The notes under the pieces are model-generated. The model saw nothing but the letters and a program-made list of their open reading frames with translations. It was not told where the DNA came from and did no database searches. Of a stretch of DNA of 64,000 nt, positions 29,201 to 39,424 are shown one piece after another; position 1 is the stretch's first letter, and every line of letters starts with the position of its first letter. The position numbers and the translations under genes are program-made. Source of the DNA: Desulfatiglandales bacterium (GTDB taxonomy: Bacteria > Desulfobacterota > DSM-4660 > Desulfatiglandales > Desulfatiglandaceae); assembly GCA_963666345.1 (NCBI GenBank), contig OY762721.1, positions 128,001 to 192,000 on the forward strand, in the 5' to 3' direction.

Positions 29201-30085
29201 CTAATATCTCTTTCCGCTCTCTTTCTTTTTCCTTTTTCTTTCATACAGCTGTTTGTCGGAACTGTTAACCAGGTCTTCTGCGTTCATCTGTTTCGTGTGT
29301 TCAAAAAAACCGAATGTCGCACCAAGTCCGCACTCCTTTCCGATAGCGGCCTCAATCCTTTCACCAATGTTAAAACCAGCTTTCACGGTAGCACCTATAA
29401 GTATCACGGCGAATTCATCACCGCCGTACCTATAGCCGCTGTCCACCCCCTGTCTGATGTTGGCCTTTATTATCTCGCCTACCTTTTTTAACACCTCATC
29501 GCCCGCAAGATGCCCGTATGTGTCGTTGTAATTTTTGAAATTATCAAGATCAAGAAGTATTAACGACACCTTGTTTCGCTGTCTTGTAGCCCTTGTTATT
29601 TCTTCTGTAAGGCGCATGAAAAAATGCCGCTGGTTAAAAAGGCTGGTTAGGGAGTCGGTAACAGACAGCTCGCTCAATAGGCTCTTTGTGTTACGCTCCT
29701 TTATTGCCCTGATGAATTTAGCCTCCAGTTCCTCGATGCCGAAAGGCTTGTCAATGTAGTCTGTGGCTCCCGAGTTTATTACGTCCATATAACCGTATTC
29801 TGTTGAATATCCGGTCATGGCTATGCAAAGGATCTCCGGGAAATCCGTGGTGATTCGCCCTATTAACTCCAGCCCGTTCATCTCGGGCATCCTAATATCG
29901 GTAAGGACGAAGGTATAAAGATTTTCCTTTGCCTCGATCTCCTCAAGTGCCTTCTTTGCCGATCCGACCGATTCGGAGTTAAATCCAACCGATTTGAGCA
30001 TCTCAACAATCGGCTGCCTGATATCCTCTTCATCGTCAACCACAAGGATAGTTTCTTCGCTGTAATCTATGTTTATCTGTTCCAT
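29201..30085 (-). CDS. Response regulator diguanylate cyclase (REC-GGDEF)
   Basis: LVVDDE, TDIRMPEMNG, KPF; DLDNFKNYND..GHLAGD, RYGGDEF. Confidence 0.92.
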   Translation of the reverse strand: MEQINIDYSEETILVVDDEEDIRQPIVEMLKSVGFNSESVGSAKKALEEIEAKENLYTFVLTDIRMPEMNGLELIGRITTDFPEILCIAMTGYSTEYGYMDVINSGATDYIDKPFGIEELEAKFIRAIKERNTKSLLSELSVTDSLTSLFNQRHFFMRLTEEITRATRQRNKVSLILLDLDNFKNYNDTYGHLAGDEVLKKVGEIIKANIRQGVDSGYRYGGDEFAVILIGATVKAGFNIGERIEAAIGKECGLGATFGFFEHTKQMNAEDLVNSSDKQLYERKRKKKESGKRY

Positions 30086-30121
30086 TTGAAGAAATCCGTT
30101 CGCCCCTGAATTTATAAAGGT

Positions 30122-31471
30122 TCAGACGAGTTCCCCTCTGAGGGAATTTACAAAGGCACTTTTAATTTTTACCTTAACTAGTCTATTTATATTATTGTTA
30201 TTGCTATTAAAATTAACTATTTTATTGCTGGAGGTTCTCCCGCTCATCTGATCACCTCTTTTACTCTTTCCCTCTACGAGAACCGCCACTACCTTATCCT
30301 TAAGCTGGCTGTTTTTCTCGAGGGTGATCTGTTTCTGCAGACTTTGAAGGACTTCCAATCGTGAGCTTTTTTCAGCCTCGCTTACCTTTTTTCCCATTTT
30401 TTCAGCTAATGTACCTTTTCTATCAGAATATTTAAAGGAAAAAAGTCCGTCGAATCTGACCGATCTTACCAGATCCAAGGTGTCCTGGAAGTCATTGTCA
30501 TCTTCACCGGGGAATCCGACCATAACATCGCTTGTAATTGCAATAAAAGGGTTTACCTTTCTCAGTTTTTCTATGAGAAGCAGATAGTCTTCCCTTGTGT
30601 ATCGCCTTCTCATTTCGGAAAGCACCTTGTTTGAACCGGCCTGAAAAGGCAGGTGTATGTGAGGGCAGAGGTTTTCCAATTCACCGAAACATTTGATTAA
30701 TTCATCCGAAAGGTCCTTTGGATGGGACGTGGTAAAGCGCAACCGTAATAGACCTTTAACACCTGACAGCAGCTTAAGCAGTCTGGGGAAACCATAACTT
30801 TCCCCTTCATTCCAGCTGTATGAGTTCACGTTTTGACCAAGAAGGGTTATATCCCTCACATCTTGAGATACGAGGCCGACTGCCTCCTCAAGGATAGAGT
30901 CGGGTGACCTGGAAATTTCCCGTCCCCTCACATACGGCACGATACAATAGGAACAAAAATTATTACACCCTTCCATAATCGATATCTGACCGGATGTTCT
31001 TCCCTTGAAATAGGAGCTGGCGTCCGTTGGCGGAATTGGGGGCCGCCCTTTGGAATCCGTTGCCACTATAGGGTTCCCCCCCCTTTCAAGCAATCTCAGG
31101 GACCCCTTGAATCTATCTATCTGCCTTGGACCCATAACAAGATCAAGCAGCGGAAATCGCTTGATGAGCCCAGCACCTTTTTCCTGCGCAAGGCAGCCGA
31201 TAACAGCCATTTTTATTTCCGGCCTCTTTTTCTTGATCGCGCTCATCCTGCCGAGCATGCTGTAGGCCTTTTGTTCCGGTTTGGCTCTTACCGTGCAGGT
31301 ATTGACAATTAACAAATCGGCCGACTGGGGCTCTTTCAGCTGCACGTACCCCTCACTAACGAGGGTCCTGGCGATCAGATCCGAGTCGTATTCATTCATC
31401 TGACAGCCCATGGTATTGATAAAGAATGTCTTTTTCAAAAATGAGTTCCCTTCATCCTGATATTTCCTCAA
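30122..31471 (-). CDS. miaB: tRNA-2-methylthio-N6-dimethylallyladenosine synthase
   Basis: TMGCQMNEYDS, GCNNFCSYCIVP, LLGQNVNSY, RFTTSHP, C-terminal TRAM domain. Confidence 0.95.
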   Translation of the reverse strand: MRKYQDEGNSFLKKTFFINTMGCQMNEYDSDLIARTLVSEGYVQLKEPQSADLLIVNTCTVRAKPEQKAYSMLGRMSAIKKKRPEIKMAVIGCLAQEKGAGLIKRFPLLDLVMGPRQIDRFKGSLRLLERGGNPIVATDSKGRPPIPPTDASSYFKGRTSGQISIMEGCNNFCSYCIVPYVRGREISRSPDSILEEAVGLVSQDVRDITLLGQNVNSYSWNEGESYGFPRLLKLLSGVKGLLRLRFTTSHPKDLSDELIKCFGELENLCPHIHLPFQAGSNKVLSEMRRRYTREDYLLLIEKLRKVNPFIAITSDVMVGFPGEDDNDFQDTLDLVRSVRFDGLFSFKYSDRKGTLAEKMGKKVSEAEKSSRLEVLQSLQKQITLEKNSQLKDKVVAVLVEGKSKRGDQMSGRTSSNKIVNFNSNNNNINRLVKVKIKSAFVNSLRGELV

Positions 31472-31673
31472 TTAAAAGCCCCTCTTCCTTGCTGAGGCTT
31501 TCAACCAGGTCTGATAAAAGTGCTTCTCCACCCCGGCTTATGATTATTTCAATTTTAGCATAATAGGGATCAAGAGTGCTTACCTGGGCGAGTCCGTCAT
31601 ACGATTCGATCGTATATCTTAGATAGCTTATATCACGCCTATTCACTCGAAAAATGCGCCTACTGCTTTCCAT
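31452..31673 (-). CDS. DUF4911-like small protein
   Basis: 'RRDISYLRYTIESYDGLAQVSTLD' pattern; overlaps the ends of nadK and miaB. Confidence 0.75.
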   Translation of the reverse strand: MESSRRIFRVNRRDISYLRYTIESYDGLAQVSTLDPYYAKIEIIISRGGEALLSDLVESLSKEEGLLIEEISG

Positions 31674-32559
31674 CTTCACACTTCTTGTTAAAGGTGGCCC
31701 CGCCCCACATCAATTTATTCCTGAGTATCTCGTAATAACTCTGGTCGGGCGGCCTTAGAAGTTTTATCTCTTTGTCCGATTTGCACATCACAACCGTGTC
31801 ACCCAATTTGAGATCAAAGCCAACCTGCCCGTCAAATGTAAGGATCACGGCATCCTCGCTTTCGGCAACTATCCCCACACTTATGGAGGCCGTATCCGGA
31901 ACGATTATCGGTCGGTTGGTAAGGGTGAAGGGACAGATAGGCGTCAAGACAAAGCTGTCTACCGTGGGATAAACAATAGGTCCTCCTGCGGAAAGATTAT
32001 AGGCTGTTGAACCTGTAGGAGTGGCTATTATGAGACCGTCTGCGCGAAAAGTGGTCAGGAATTCATTGTTTATGGTTACTTCCAGATCTATGATCCTTGC
32101 CAGTGTGGCCTTGTTTATTACAACGTCGTTTAAGACACTAAATCTGCACGCCTCTTCCTTTCCCTCCCTGACAACCCTTGTTTCGAGCATTGCACGGCTC
32201 TCCACCTTCAAACCGCCCTTTATCATCATCTCAAGGACCGGATAGAGCTGTTCAAGGCTTATGCTCGTAAGGAAGCCCAGACCTCCGAGATTTACGCCGA
32301 GCATAGGAATCCCATAACGCCCGATTGATCTGGCCGCACCCAAAAGGGTCCCGTCCCCGCCCAGGACAACAACCCGGTCGACAGTGGAGGGAATGATTTC
32401 AGCTCCTCCGGACTTTATTTCACCCGATTTTTCAGGACCCATCTCGTATAAAAAGGCATCGATGTCTCTCTTATTGAACCATTGATAGAGACGTTCGGCT
32501 TCATGTCTTGCAGGCTCGTAGCGTTGCTTATAAACTATCCCAACCGATCTGTATGCCAT
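31660..32559 (-). CDS. nadK: NAD kinase
   Basis: GGDGT, LNDVV, ADGLIIATPTGSTAYNLSAGGP. Confidence 0.95.
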   Translation of the reverse strand: MAYRSVGIVYKQRYEPARHEAERLYQWFNKRDIDAFLYEMGPEKSGEIKSGGAEIIPSTVDRVVVLGGDGTLLGAARSIGRYGIPMLGVNLGGLGFLTSISLEQLYPVLEMMIKGGLKVESRAMLETRVVREGKEEACRFSVLNDVVINKATLARIIDLEVTINNEFLTTFRADGLIIATPTGSTAYNLSAGGPIVYPTVDSFVLTPICPFTLTNRPIIVPDTASISVGIVAESEDAVILTFDGQVGFDLKLGDTVVMCKSDKEIKLLRPPDQSYYEILRNKLMWGGATFNKKCEDGKQ

Positions 32560-32573
32560 TTGTGGAAAATCCT

Positions 32574-34298
32574 CTATCTGTTTCGGGGAAAAAGCGGCAC
32601 TGTCCGGAAATTCATTACATCCACAAGTCCCATGTCCGTCAATTTCAGTTCAGGTATGACCGGAAGTGCCAGGAATGAAAGCGTGCCTAACGGCTCCTCT
32701 AATGAACACCCGAGCCCCCAAACGACTCTCTTTAATTCCTTTAACCGGCCAACAAGCCTGTCAATAGGTTCCCTGCTCATAAGTCCCGCAACCGTTAGAG
32801 GAACGCTGGCCACGATTTTTCCATCCACGGCAACTGTAAGGCCTCCCCCAATAAGCCGAACTTCCTCGACTGCCCGGTAAATATCATGATCGTCAACCCC
32901 AAGTGCGATAACATTGTGAGAGTCATGTGCAACGGAAGAGGCAATGGCACCCTGCCTGAGCCCGAAACCCCTTACAAGTCCCCTTCCGATTCTTCCGCTT
33001 CCGTTGTGTCTTTCTATTACAAAGAGCTTGAGGGTATCTGAATCTGTGTCAGAGACAACCATGCCTCCTTCTGAATGAACCTCTTCTAAGATCGTTTCTG
33101 TTTCTATCTGGCCGGGAATCACCTTTATGATCAATGCCTTCTCCCCCTGAACCGGTATCTGAAAGCTTCCAGATGAAAGGCCCTTTATATTCAACGGTTC
33201 CGTATCACCACCGGCTTGTCTTTTTTCTGGGTACCCCTTGAGTTGCCCATCCCTAACGACCTGTATTCCATCCTTGAATACGGATTTCACAACGAATTCA
33301 TTCAGGTTCTCCAGCACGGTAAGATCGGCCTTGAATCCGGGCGCAACCGCTCCCCTTTTCCTTAAACCAAAGTACTCGGCCGGATTAAGCGTTACCATCC
33401 GCAAGGCTTCAACAGGGTCGAGCCCCAGCGAGACCGCCTTTTTGAGCAGGTAGTTGAGATGCCCCCTTTTCACTATATCCCCGGCGTGAAGGTCATCTGA
33501 GACAAGACAAAACCGCCTTGAACCCAAATCAGCCACAAGGGGGATGAGTGCCTTCATATTCCTTGCGGAACTACCTTCCCTAATCATTATCATCATACCG
33601 GCTTCGAGCTTTTCGAGCGCCTCCCGGTAAAGTGTTGTCTCATGCTCGGATCTTATTCCGCTTGTCACATATGCCTGAAGGTTTCGACCGCTGAGCAGGG
33701 GGGCGTGACCGTCGATCACCTCTCCGTCAAAAACGGATATCTTTTCAAGCACATTCTTGTCAAGACCGATGACACCGGGATAATTCATCATCTCGGCAAG
33801 CCCCAGTATACGGGAATCCTTCTTTATTTCGGTCAGGGCCTGGATACCAAGCTCAGCCCCGGCAGTTTCAAGATGAGTGGAAGGCACGCAGGAAGGGGCA
33901 GTGAAAAAGATATCAAATGGTATTGAACGACTGTCATCGAGCATGAAAGAGATACCTTCAACCCCTTTCACATTGGCAATTTCATGAGGATCAGCCACGA
34001 TGCAGGTAGTGCCTGCCATAAGAAGAGACGGAGCAAGCTCGGACGGGACCAGCATAGTGCTTTCAATATGGATATGTCCTTCAATAAATCCCGGAACCAG
34101 GAAACGGCCAGAGATGTCAACCTCCTCATCTCCTTTGTATGCCTCCCCCAATCCGGCGATATAACCATCCGATATGGCCACGTCCGTTTTCCCGATTCTT
34201 CCTGAAAACAGATTGACCACCCTGCCCCCTTTAACCACCAAATCCGCGGGCATATCCCCTTTTGCAACTGCAATTCTCTTTTTCAATATATCAAGCAA
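32574..34298 (-). CDS. ade: Adenine deaminase
   Basis: HIHIES, DPHEIANV, LAEMMN, DGHAP, IREGS, AHDSHN, FLALPVIP. Confidence 0.93.
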   Translation of the reverse strand: MLDILKKRIAVAKGDMPADLVVKGGRVVNLFSGRIGKTDVAISDGYIAGLGEAYKGDEEVDISGRFLVPGFIEGHIHIESTMLVPSELAPSLLMAGTTCIVADPHEIANVKGVEGISFMLDDSRSIPFDIFFTAPSCVPSTHLETAGAELGIQALTEIKKDSRILGLAEMMNYPGVIGLDKNVLEKISVFDGEVIDGHAPLLSGRNLQAYVTSGIRSEHETTLYREALEKLEAGMMIMIREGSSARNMKALIPLVADLGSRRFCLVSDDLHAGDIVKRGHLNYLLKKAVSLGLDPVEALRMVTLNPAEYFGLRKRGAVAPGFKADLTVLENLNEFVVKSVFKDGIQVVRDGQLKGYPEKRQAGGDTEPLNIKGLSSGSFQIPVQGEKALIIKVIPGQIETETILEEVHSEGGMVVSDTDSDTLKLFVIERHNGSGRIGRGLVRGFGLRQGAIASSVAHDSHNVIALGVDDHDIYRAVEEVRLIGGGLTVAVDGKIVASVPLTVAGLMSREPIDRLVGRLKELKRVVWGLGCSLEEPLGTLSFLALPVIPELKLTDMGLVDVMNFRTVPLFPRNR

Positions 34299-34304
34299 GC
34301 ATGT

Positions 34305-34907
34305 TCACCTTGTCACCTTTCCTATTACCCTCCAATCTTCTTTCCTGTCAGAGGAGGTGTCGACCATAAGATGGACAATGGACAGTTCGGGAAAACGCTT
34401 CTTCAAATCTTCCAGATCGACCGGCTCGAATCGTTTTTTGTTATTTGTGTAGGCCTTTTCCGTAAGGGCGTTTGACTCGTAATTTTCTTTTGTCCGCCTT
34501 GAAATGCGATTCAGAGAGACCTCCTGAGGGCATTGCGTTTGCTGTATTACAAGTGTCTTGCCGTTTCCGGCCGCAACTTCCGCCGCTCTCCTTCTGAGTA
34601 CCTGGGTAACAAAGGTGGCATCCAGGATTATGCCCCCTTTTTTATGGGCCAGTTCATGGGCCATCCTGAACATTTCATCATATACCATTGTCCTTTTGTC
34701 CATATTCGCCGCCACTTTTTCGTCAAATATGTCCTCCCCTGTCAGGACCTCAAGCCGTATTATATCCGACCTGATCACGATATAATTCTTTATCTGTGCG
34801 ATAACCTCCGTTGTTTCAGTCTTATATGATGCGGGAAGCCCGCACGCAATGAGCACGGTTTCAGGCCCAAGCTCTTCCTGCATGAAATCCAAAAAACTCT
34901 CATCCAT
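34305..34907 (-). CDS. AAA_33 / gluconokinase-like P-loop kinase with atypical Walker A
   Basis: GLPASYKT, RSDIIR, ILDATF. Confidence 0.78.
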   Translation of the reverse strand: MDESFLDFMQEELGPETVLIACGLPASYKTETTEVIAQIKNYIVIRSDIIRLEVLTGEDIFDEKVAANMDKRTMVYDEMFRMAHELAHKKGGIILDATFVTQVLRRRAAEVAAGNGKTLVIQQTQCPQEVSLNRISRRTKENYESNALTEKAYTNNKKRFEPVDLEDLKKRFPELSIVHLMVDTSSDRKEDWRVIGKVTR

Positions 34908-34946
34908 TCTTTCTCTCCTTCCGGTTAAATCCTTGATCAGAGGACT

Positions 34947-35939
34947 TTAGATATATGAACGGGCAAGACGGAAATATCTGTGCGCCCTTTGAGCCGCCGC
35001 AGCCTTTTCCTTTTCTCCTATTCTATCATCATCCAGTTGAAAACTGTTTACCTTTCCTCTCACAAAGGCCCTGTAAACCTTGTAAAAGACAAGCAGGTCT
35101 TCTACTCCTACATCTCCCGTATGTCTGCAGTATTGTTTCCAGAGGTGATCGGAGAACTCGACGCCTCCATGAAACTCCAGGTCCATGAGTAGAAACGCGA
35201 TATCCGCGATAGTATCACTGTAACGAAACCTGTCATTGAATTCAATGCAATCAATTACAGCAAGATCATCAGTAAAGCAGATATGCTCCATATGAAGGTC
35301 GCCATGACAGTCTCTTATCTTTCCCCTGTCTATCCTCCGGGAGAACATCTCCCTTTTGTCCCTGTAAAAGTCGGCCGTCCACTCTTTAAGCGCATGAAAA
35401 TCATCATTTCTAATGCTAATATCAATATATTTTCGGACCTGCTCAAAATTTTCGTCCGTATTGACTCTGAACTTTTCAGCTCGCCCGAATTGATCGATTT
35501 GAGGGCTTCTCAAGGCATTTTTATGGAAACCGGCCAATGTCTCAGCCACCTTGTCAAGGTCTGAATGAGACAGGCATCCATTGTCAAAGAGGGACTTCAT
35601 GAGCCTTTCTTCAGGTATGCGCTTCATCTTCACCGCATATTCGACCGGTTCGCCTCTTCCTTCCAGTGTGTGCCTTCCATGATCAAGACTAATCGGGACT
35701 ACATCCAGGTAGATACCTTTTGCCAGGCGTCTGTTGAGCATCAATTCCTGTTTGCAGTAAAAATGCCTTTTTTCAAGATCCGAAAAATTGAGAAACCCGA
35801 AATCAACAGGTTTTTTTACCTTGTAAACCGTTTCATCCGCTATAAATACGATCGATATGTGGGTCTGAACCACTTCCACCTTTTCCGGTGTAAAAGGGTA
35901 TGAGACGGGATCTTTAAGGTCGGTTATGAGATCTGTCAT
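34947..35939 (-). CDS. Aminoglycoside-phosphotransferase-fold protein
   Basis: QTHIS, YKVKKPV, ELMLNRRLA, CHGDLH, DCIEFN, YRAFVRGKV. Confidence 0.85.
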   Translation of the reverse strand: MTDLITDLKDPVSYPFTPEKVEVVQTHISIVFIADETVYKVKKPVDFGFLNFSDLEKRHFYCKQELMLNRRLAKGIYLDVVPISLDHGRHTLEGRGEPVEYAVKMKRIPEERLMKSLFDNGCLSHSDLDKVAETLAGFHKNALRSPQIDQFGRAEKFRVNTDENFEQVRKYIDISIRNDDFHALKEWTADFYRDKREMFSRRIDRGKIRDCHGDLHMEHICFTDDLAVIDCIEFNDRFRYSDTIADIAFLLMDLEFHGGVEFSDHLWKQYCRHTGDVGVEDLLVFYKVYRAFVRGKVNSFQLDDDRIGEKEKAAAAQRAHRYFRLARSYI

Positions 35940-36829
35940 TATTCTCCTTCCTTTGGTTTAATTCCGAACTGTTCCGCCACGAATCGCGGTATAGGCAAGG
36001 TTCCCATTATAACCGGTTGCTGGTGACAGTCTGATCCTCCGGAGGCCATTAAGCCCTCTTTTCGTGCAAAACTGAGATAGGAGGATGTCACCTGCCTGGA
36101 ATGGCTGGAATGCCAGCATTCTACTCCGTCCAGATATGCAATCATGCCTTCCTTTATTATCCGATGCTGCCCCTTTATCGATGGGGTGAAAGATGCCAGA
36201 GACGTTCCCCTGGGATTGGCCGGGTGGGCGATAAAGATCTTTCCCCCCGCATCCCTGATAAGGGATGCGGCCTCCTCGAGGGACACAGGCATTTTAGGAA
36301 CATTACATCTTACAAGGTATTTGTCAAAGGCCTCCTGTTTGTCAGACACGATCCTCTTTTTTATAAGATAGTTTGCTATGTGGGGTCGTCCGAACGCACC
36401 GTCGACCGTCTCCTCTATAGCTTTCAGGTCTTTATGCGTAAAAATCGGGATTTTCCTTTTCTCTAGTTCCAGATTCAACCTTTCAAGTATCTGCTCTGCC
36501 CTCTTTTTTCTGTACGCCTTTAACTGTTCCAGCTTTTTTAAAAGTGCGCTATTGCCTATATCGAAGCCGTAGCCGAGCAGATCAAGTGACGCAGGTTTTG
36601 AATCCCTGTATCCGGGATGTGAGAAGGAAATATTAAGCTCTACGCCGCTCAGGTAGTCAATACCGTATTCAAGCGCCAGTTCCATTGCCCTCTGCTGACA
36701 CTCGATGGAGTCATGGTCTGTTATGGAAATGACATCTATCTTTCTCTTGTTCGCTTCGGCAAATATCTCATCAACGCTGAATTTGCCGTCAGAGCCGTCT
36801 TTGGAGTGAACATGCAGGTCAACCTTCAT
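35939..36829 (-). CDS. PHP-domain phosphoesterase (TrpH/YciV-like)
   Basis: DLHVHS..SDG, ITDHD, GRPH, AHP, GGSDCH. Confidence 0.9.
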   Translation of the reverse strand: MKVDLHVHSKDGSDGKFSVDEIFAEANKRKIDVISITDHDSIECQQRAMELALEYGIDYLSGVELNISFSHPGYRDSKPASLDLLGYGFDIGNSALLKKLEQLKAYRKKRAEQILERLNLELEKRKIPIFTHKDLKAIEETVDGAFGRPHIANYLIKKRIVSDKQEAFDKYLVRCNVPKMPVSLEEAASLIRDAGGKIFIAHPANPRGTSLASFTPSIKGQHRIIKEGMIAYLDGVECWHSSHSRQVTSSYLSFARKEGLMASGGSDCHQQPVIMGTLPIPRFVAEQFGIKPKEGE

Positions 36830-37173
36830 TTTTCCTTTTTTCCTTTCATCTCTGTTTATCTGCCCGGCCCCTCTCCGGGGTATACCGGGGGCAGGTGCTC
36901 CGGAGCGGGATTTTCTACCCGACTCAGTTTTTTTATATTAGCGCCTGCTGACAGGTCAAGTAAAAGGTGCCTATTTCATTGACTTTTCCGCTTCTGTTTT
37001 TTTATATGAAAAAAGTCCGTTTATAAAGATCAGACACCCGCCATGAGCTTTTTGAAGAATAAATGAGGGCTCGGGCAGGAAATGATTTACTCAATCATTC
37101 AAATAAGAGAAAATCAGATTCTTGAACATGCAAAAAGCAGCGTTAAACCTTCCATAAAAAAGGGAGCAAGACA

Positions 37174-37989
37174 ATGCAAGACAGGATAGCTGAGACTGCG
37201 CGATTCCTTTCATCCAAGATCGACTCCCCTCCTGTCATAGGGATGATTACCGGAACAGGTCTTGGTTCACTTACGGAAAACATGGATACCCGAGTCAGCC
37301 TTTCGTATGACGAAATACCTCATTTTGCCAGATCCACCACACAGGGTCACAGGGGCAACCTGGTTTTCGGCAGACTATCAGGAAGGCCTGTCATTGCTCT
37401 TGACGGCCGTTTTCACATGTATGAAGGATATTCACCTCAGGAGGTGACATTTCCTGTCAGGGTCATGGCCTCATTAGGGGTAAAGTATCTTCTTATCTCA
37501 AGTGCGGTCGGGGGGCTTAATCCCCTCTTTAAAAAAGGTGAGCTCATGGCGGTTACGGACCATATCAACCTGACAGGTAAAAATCCTCTTGTCGGCCCTA
37601 ATATGGATGACTTCGGCCCACGTTTTCCGGATATGAGCCGCGTCTATGATTCCGAACTGCTTGAAATGGCGGAAAAAATAGCATTGAAAAAAGGCGTTTT
37701 TCTTCGTAAAGGGGTTTACGGGGCGGTTATGGGACCGAGCCTTGAAACCCCTGCTGAAACGCGCTTTCTGAGAATGATAGGCTGTGATGCCGTGGGTATG
37801 TCAACAGTCCCTGAGGCGATTGCGGGCACCCACTGCGGAATGAAAATCATCGCAATAGTCGTTATCACCAATGTGAATCTTCCGGACTGCATGTCAGAAA
37901 CCTCTCTTGAAGAGGTCATCTCCGCGGCTCAAAAGACAGGACCCTCGCTCTGCATGCTTTGGGATTCGCTTATAAACGAACTTTACTGA
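37174..37989 (+). CDS. punA: Purine-nucleoside phosphorylase (trimeric type)
   Basis: GTGLG, GRFHMYEGY, DHIN, GPSLETPAE, VGMSTVPE. Confidence 0.93.
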   Translation: MQDRIAETARFLSSKIDSPPVIGMITGTGLGSLTENMDTRVSLSYDEIPHFARSTTQGHRGNLVFGRLSGRPVIALDGRFHMYEGYSPQEVTFPVRVMASLGVKYLLISSAVGGLNPLFKKGELMAVTDHINLTGKNPLVGPNMDDFGPRFPDMSRVYDSELLEMAEKIALKKGVFLRKGVYGAVMGPSLETPAETRFLRMIGCDAVGMSTVPEAIAGTHCGMKIIAIVVITNVNLPDCMSETSLEEVISAAQKTGPSLCMLWDSLINELY

Positions 37990-38029
37990 CCCCCGGCGGG
38001 GCTCCCAACTCTAATTTACAGGGGTTTTC

Positions 38030-39343
38030 ATGCATCTTTTCGATATTTCTATTGAAAACGGATTAATCATAACCATGGACGAAGAAAGGTCCATAGTAAG
38101 AAATGGGGTCTTGGGTGTAAAAGGAGACACCATCTCCTTTGTGGGTCCGTCAAAAGAAATTTCCTTTAAGGCGCTAAAGAGTATTGACGCAAGAGGTTGT
38201 CTTGTCTTGCCGGGTCTTGTAAACTGCCATACCCATTCCGCAATGAGTCTGTTCAGGGGCCTTGCCGATGACCTCCCGCTCATGGAATGGCTCACGAGGT
38301 ACATATTTCCGGTGGAATCGAAGATAAACGGTCAATTCGTTTATGACGGAACCCTTCTGGCCTGCGCCGAGATGATCATGAGCGGAACAACCACCTTCTG
38401 TGATATGTACATCTTTGAAGATCAGGTAGCTACCGCCGCAAAAGAGGCGCATATGAGATGTCTCGTAGGAGAAGTGCTCTATGACTTCCCCTCCCCAAAT
38501 TACGGAGATATCGATAAGGGATTTGAATACACGGAGGCCCTTATAGACAGATGGAAATCCGATCCTCTTGTCTCCATTGCGGTCGAGCCCCATTCACTTT
38601 ACACCTGCAGCCCGGAGCTGCTTACGAGAGCGATGAGGATAGCCACGGACCATGATGTCCCCTATATCACGCACTTTGCGGAGACTCTATCCGAGATAAA
38701 AGAAATAAGGGAAAGGTTCAAAAAATCTCCGCTGGAACATCTTGAGGACCTTGATCTGCTCGGTCCAAATCTCGTTGGCGCCCACTGTGTCCACCTAGAC
38801 AACGGGGAACTGTCCAGAATGGCGGACAGCGGAATGAAGGTGGTAAATAATCCTGAAAGCAATATGAAGCTTGCCTCCGGAATCGCCCCGGTTCCTGAAA
38901 TGCTTTCTTTGGGAATAACCGTAGGTCTTGGTACCGACGGTTGCGCCTCGAACAACAATCTGGATCTTTTTGCGGAAATGGACATGGCCGCGAAAATACA
39001 CAAGGTAAACACCATGGATCCTACCGCGGCTGATGCCGTCACCGTACTTGCAATGGCCACAATCGAGGGTGCCAGGGCGATCGGGCTGGAAGGAATAACA
39101 GGCTCCCTTGTGAAAGGCAAGAAGGCGGATATCATAATAATGGATGTATGCAAACCGCATCTAACTCCGATGTACAACCCCTATTCTCAAATTGTATATT
39201 CGGCGAGGGGAAACGACATTATCCACAGCATAATAAACGGAAAAATTGTAATGGAAGACAGAAGGCTTCTAACTCTTGATCTTGAAAGGATACTGGCACG
39301 CTCTCACGATCTTGCAGGCAAGATAAAATCCTGGCTTTCATGA
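38030..39343 (+). CDS. mtaD: Amidohydrolase, MTA/SAH deaminase-like
   Basis: NCHTH, PHSLYT, HFAET, AHCVH, SNMKLASG, GTDGCASNN. Confidence 0.85.
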   Translation: MHLFDISIENGLIITMDEERSIVRNGVLGVKGDTISFVGPSKEISFKALKSIDARGCLVLPGLVNCHTHSAMSLFRGLADDLPLMEWLTRYIFPVESKINGQFVYDGTLLACAEMIMSGTTTFCDMYIFEDQVATAAKEAHMRCLVGEVLYDFPSPNYGDIDKGFEYTEALIDRWKSDPLVSIAVEPHSLYTCSPELLTRAMRIATDHDVPYITHFAETLSEIKEIRERFKKSPLEHLEDLDLLGPNLVGAHCVHLDNGELSRMADSGMKVVNNPESNMKLASGIAPVPEMLSLGITVGLGTDGCASNNNLDLFAEMDMAAKIHKVNTMDPTAADAVTVLAMATIEGARAIGLEGITGSLVKGKKADIIIMDVCKPHLTPMYNPYSQIVYSARGNDIIHSIINGKIVMEDRRLLTLDLERILARSHDLAGKIKSWLS

Positions 39344-39424
39344 CATTTTCCCTGTCATTTTGTCCCGGCTTTTTATGGTGTATAGCATTGACGACCTGTC
39401 CAATATGGATTTATAAGAGTACAC

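Noticed and set aside
28902..29204. 100-aa + strand ORF in the ORF track
   Set aside because: It is antisense to the bS22-like gene and its promoter region, and has no motif.
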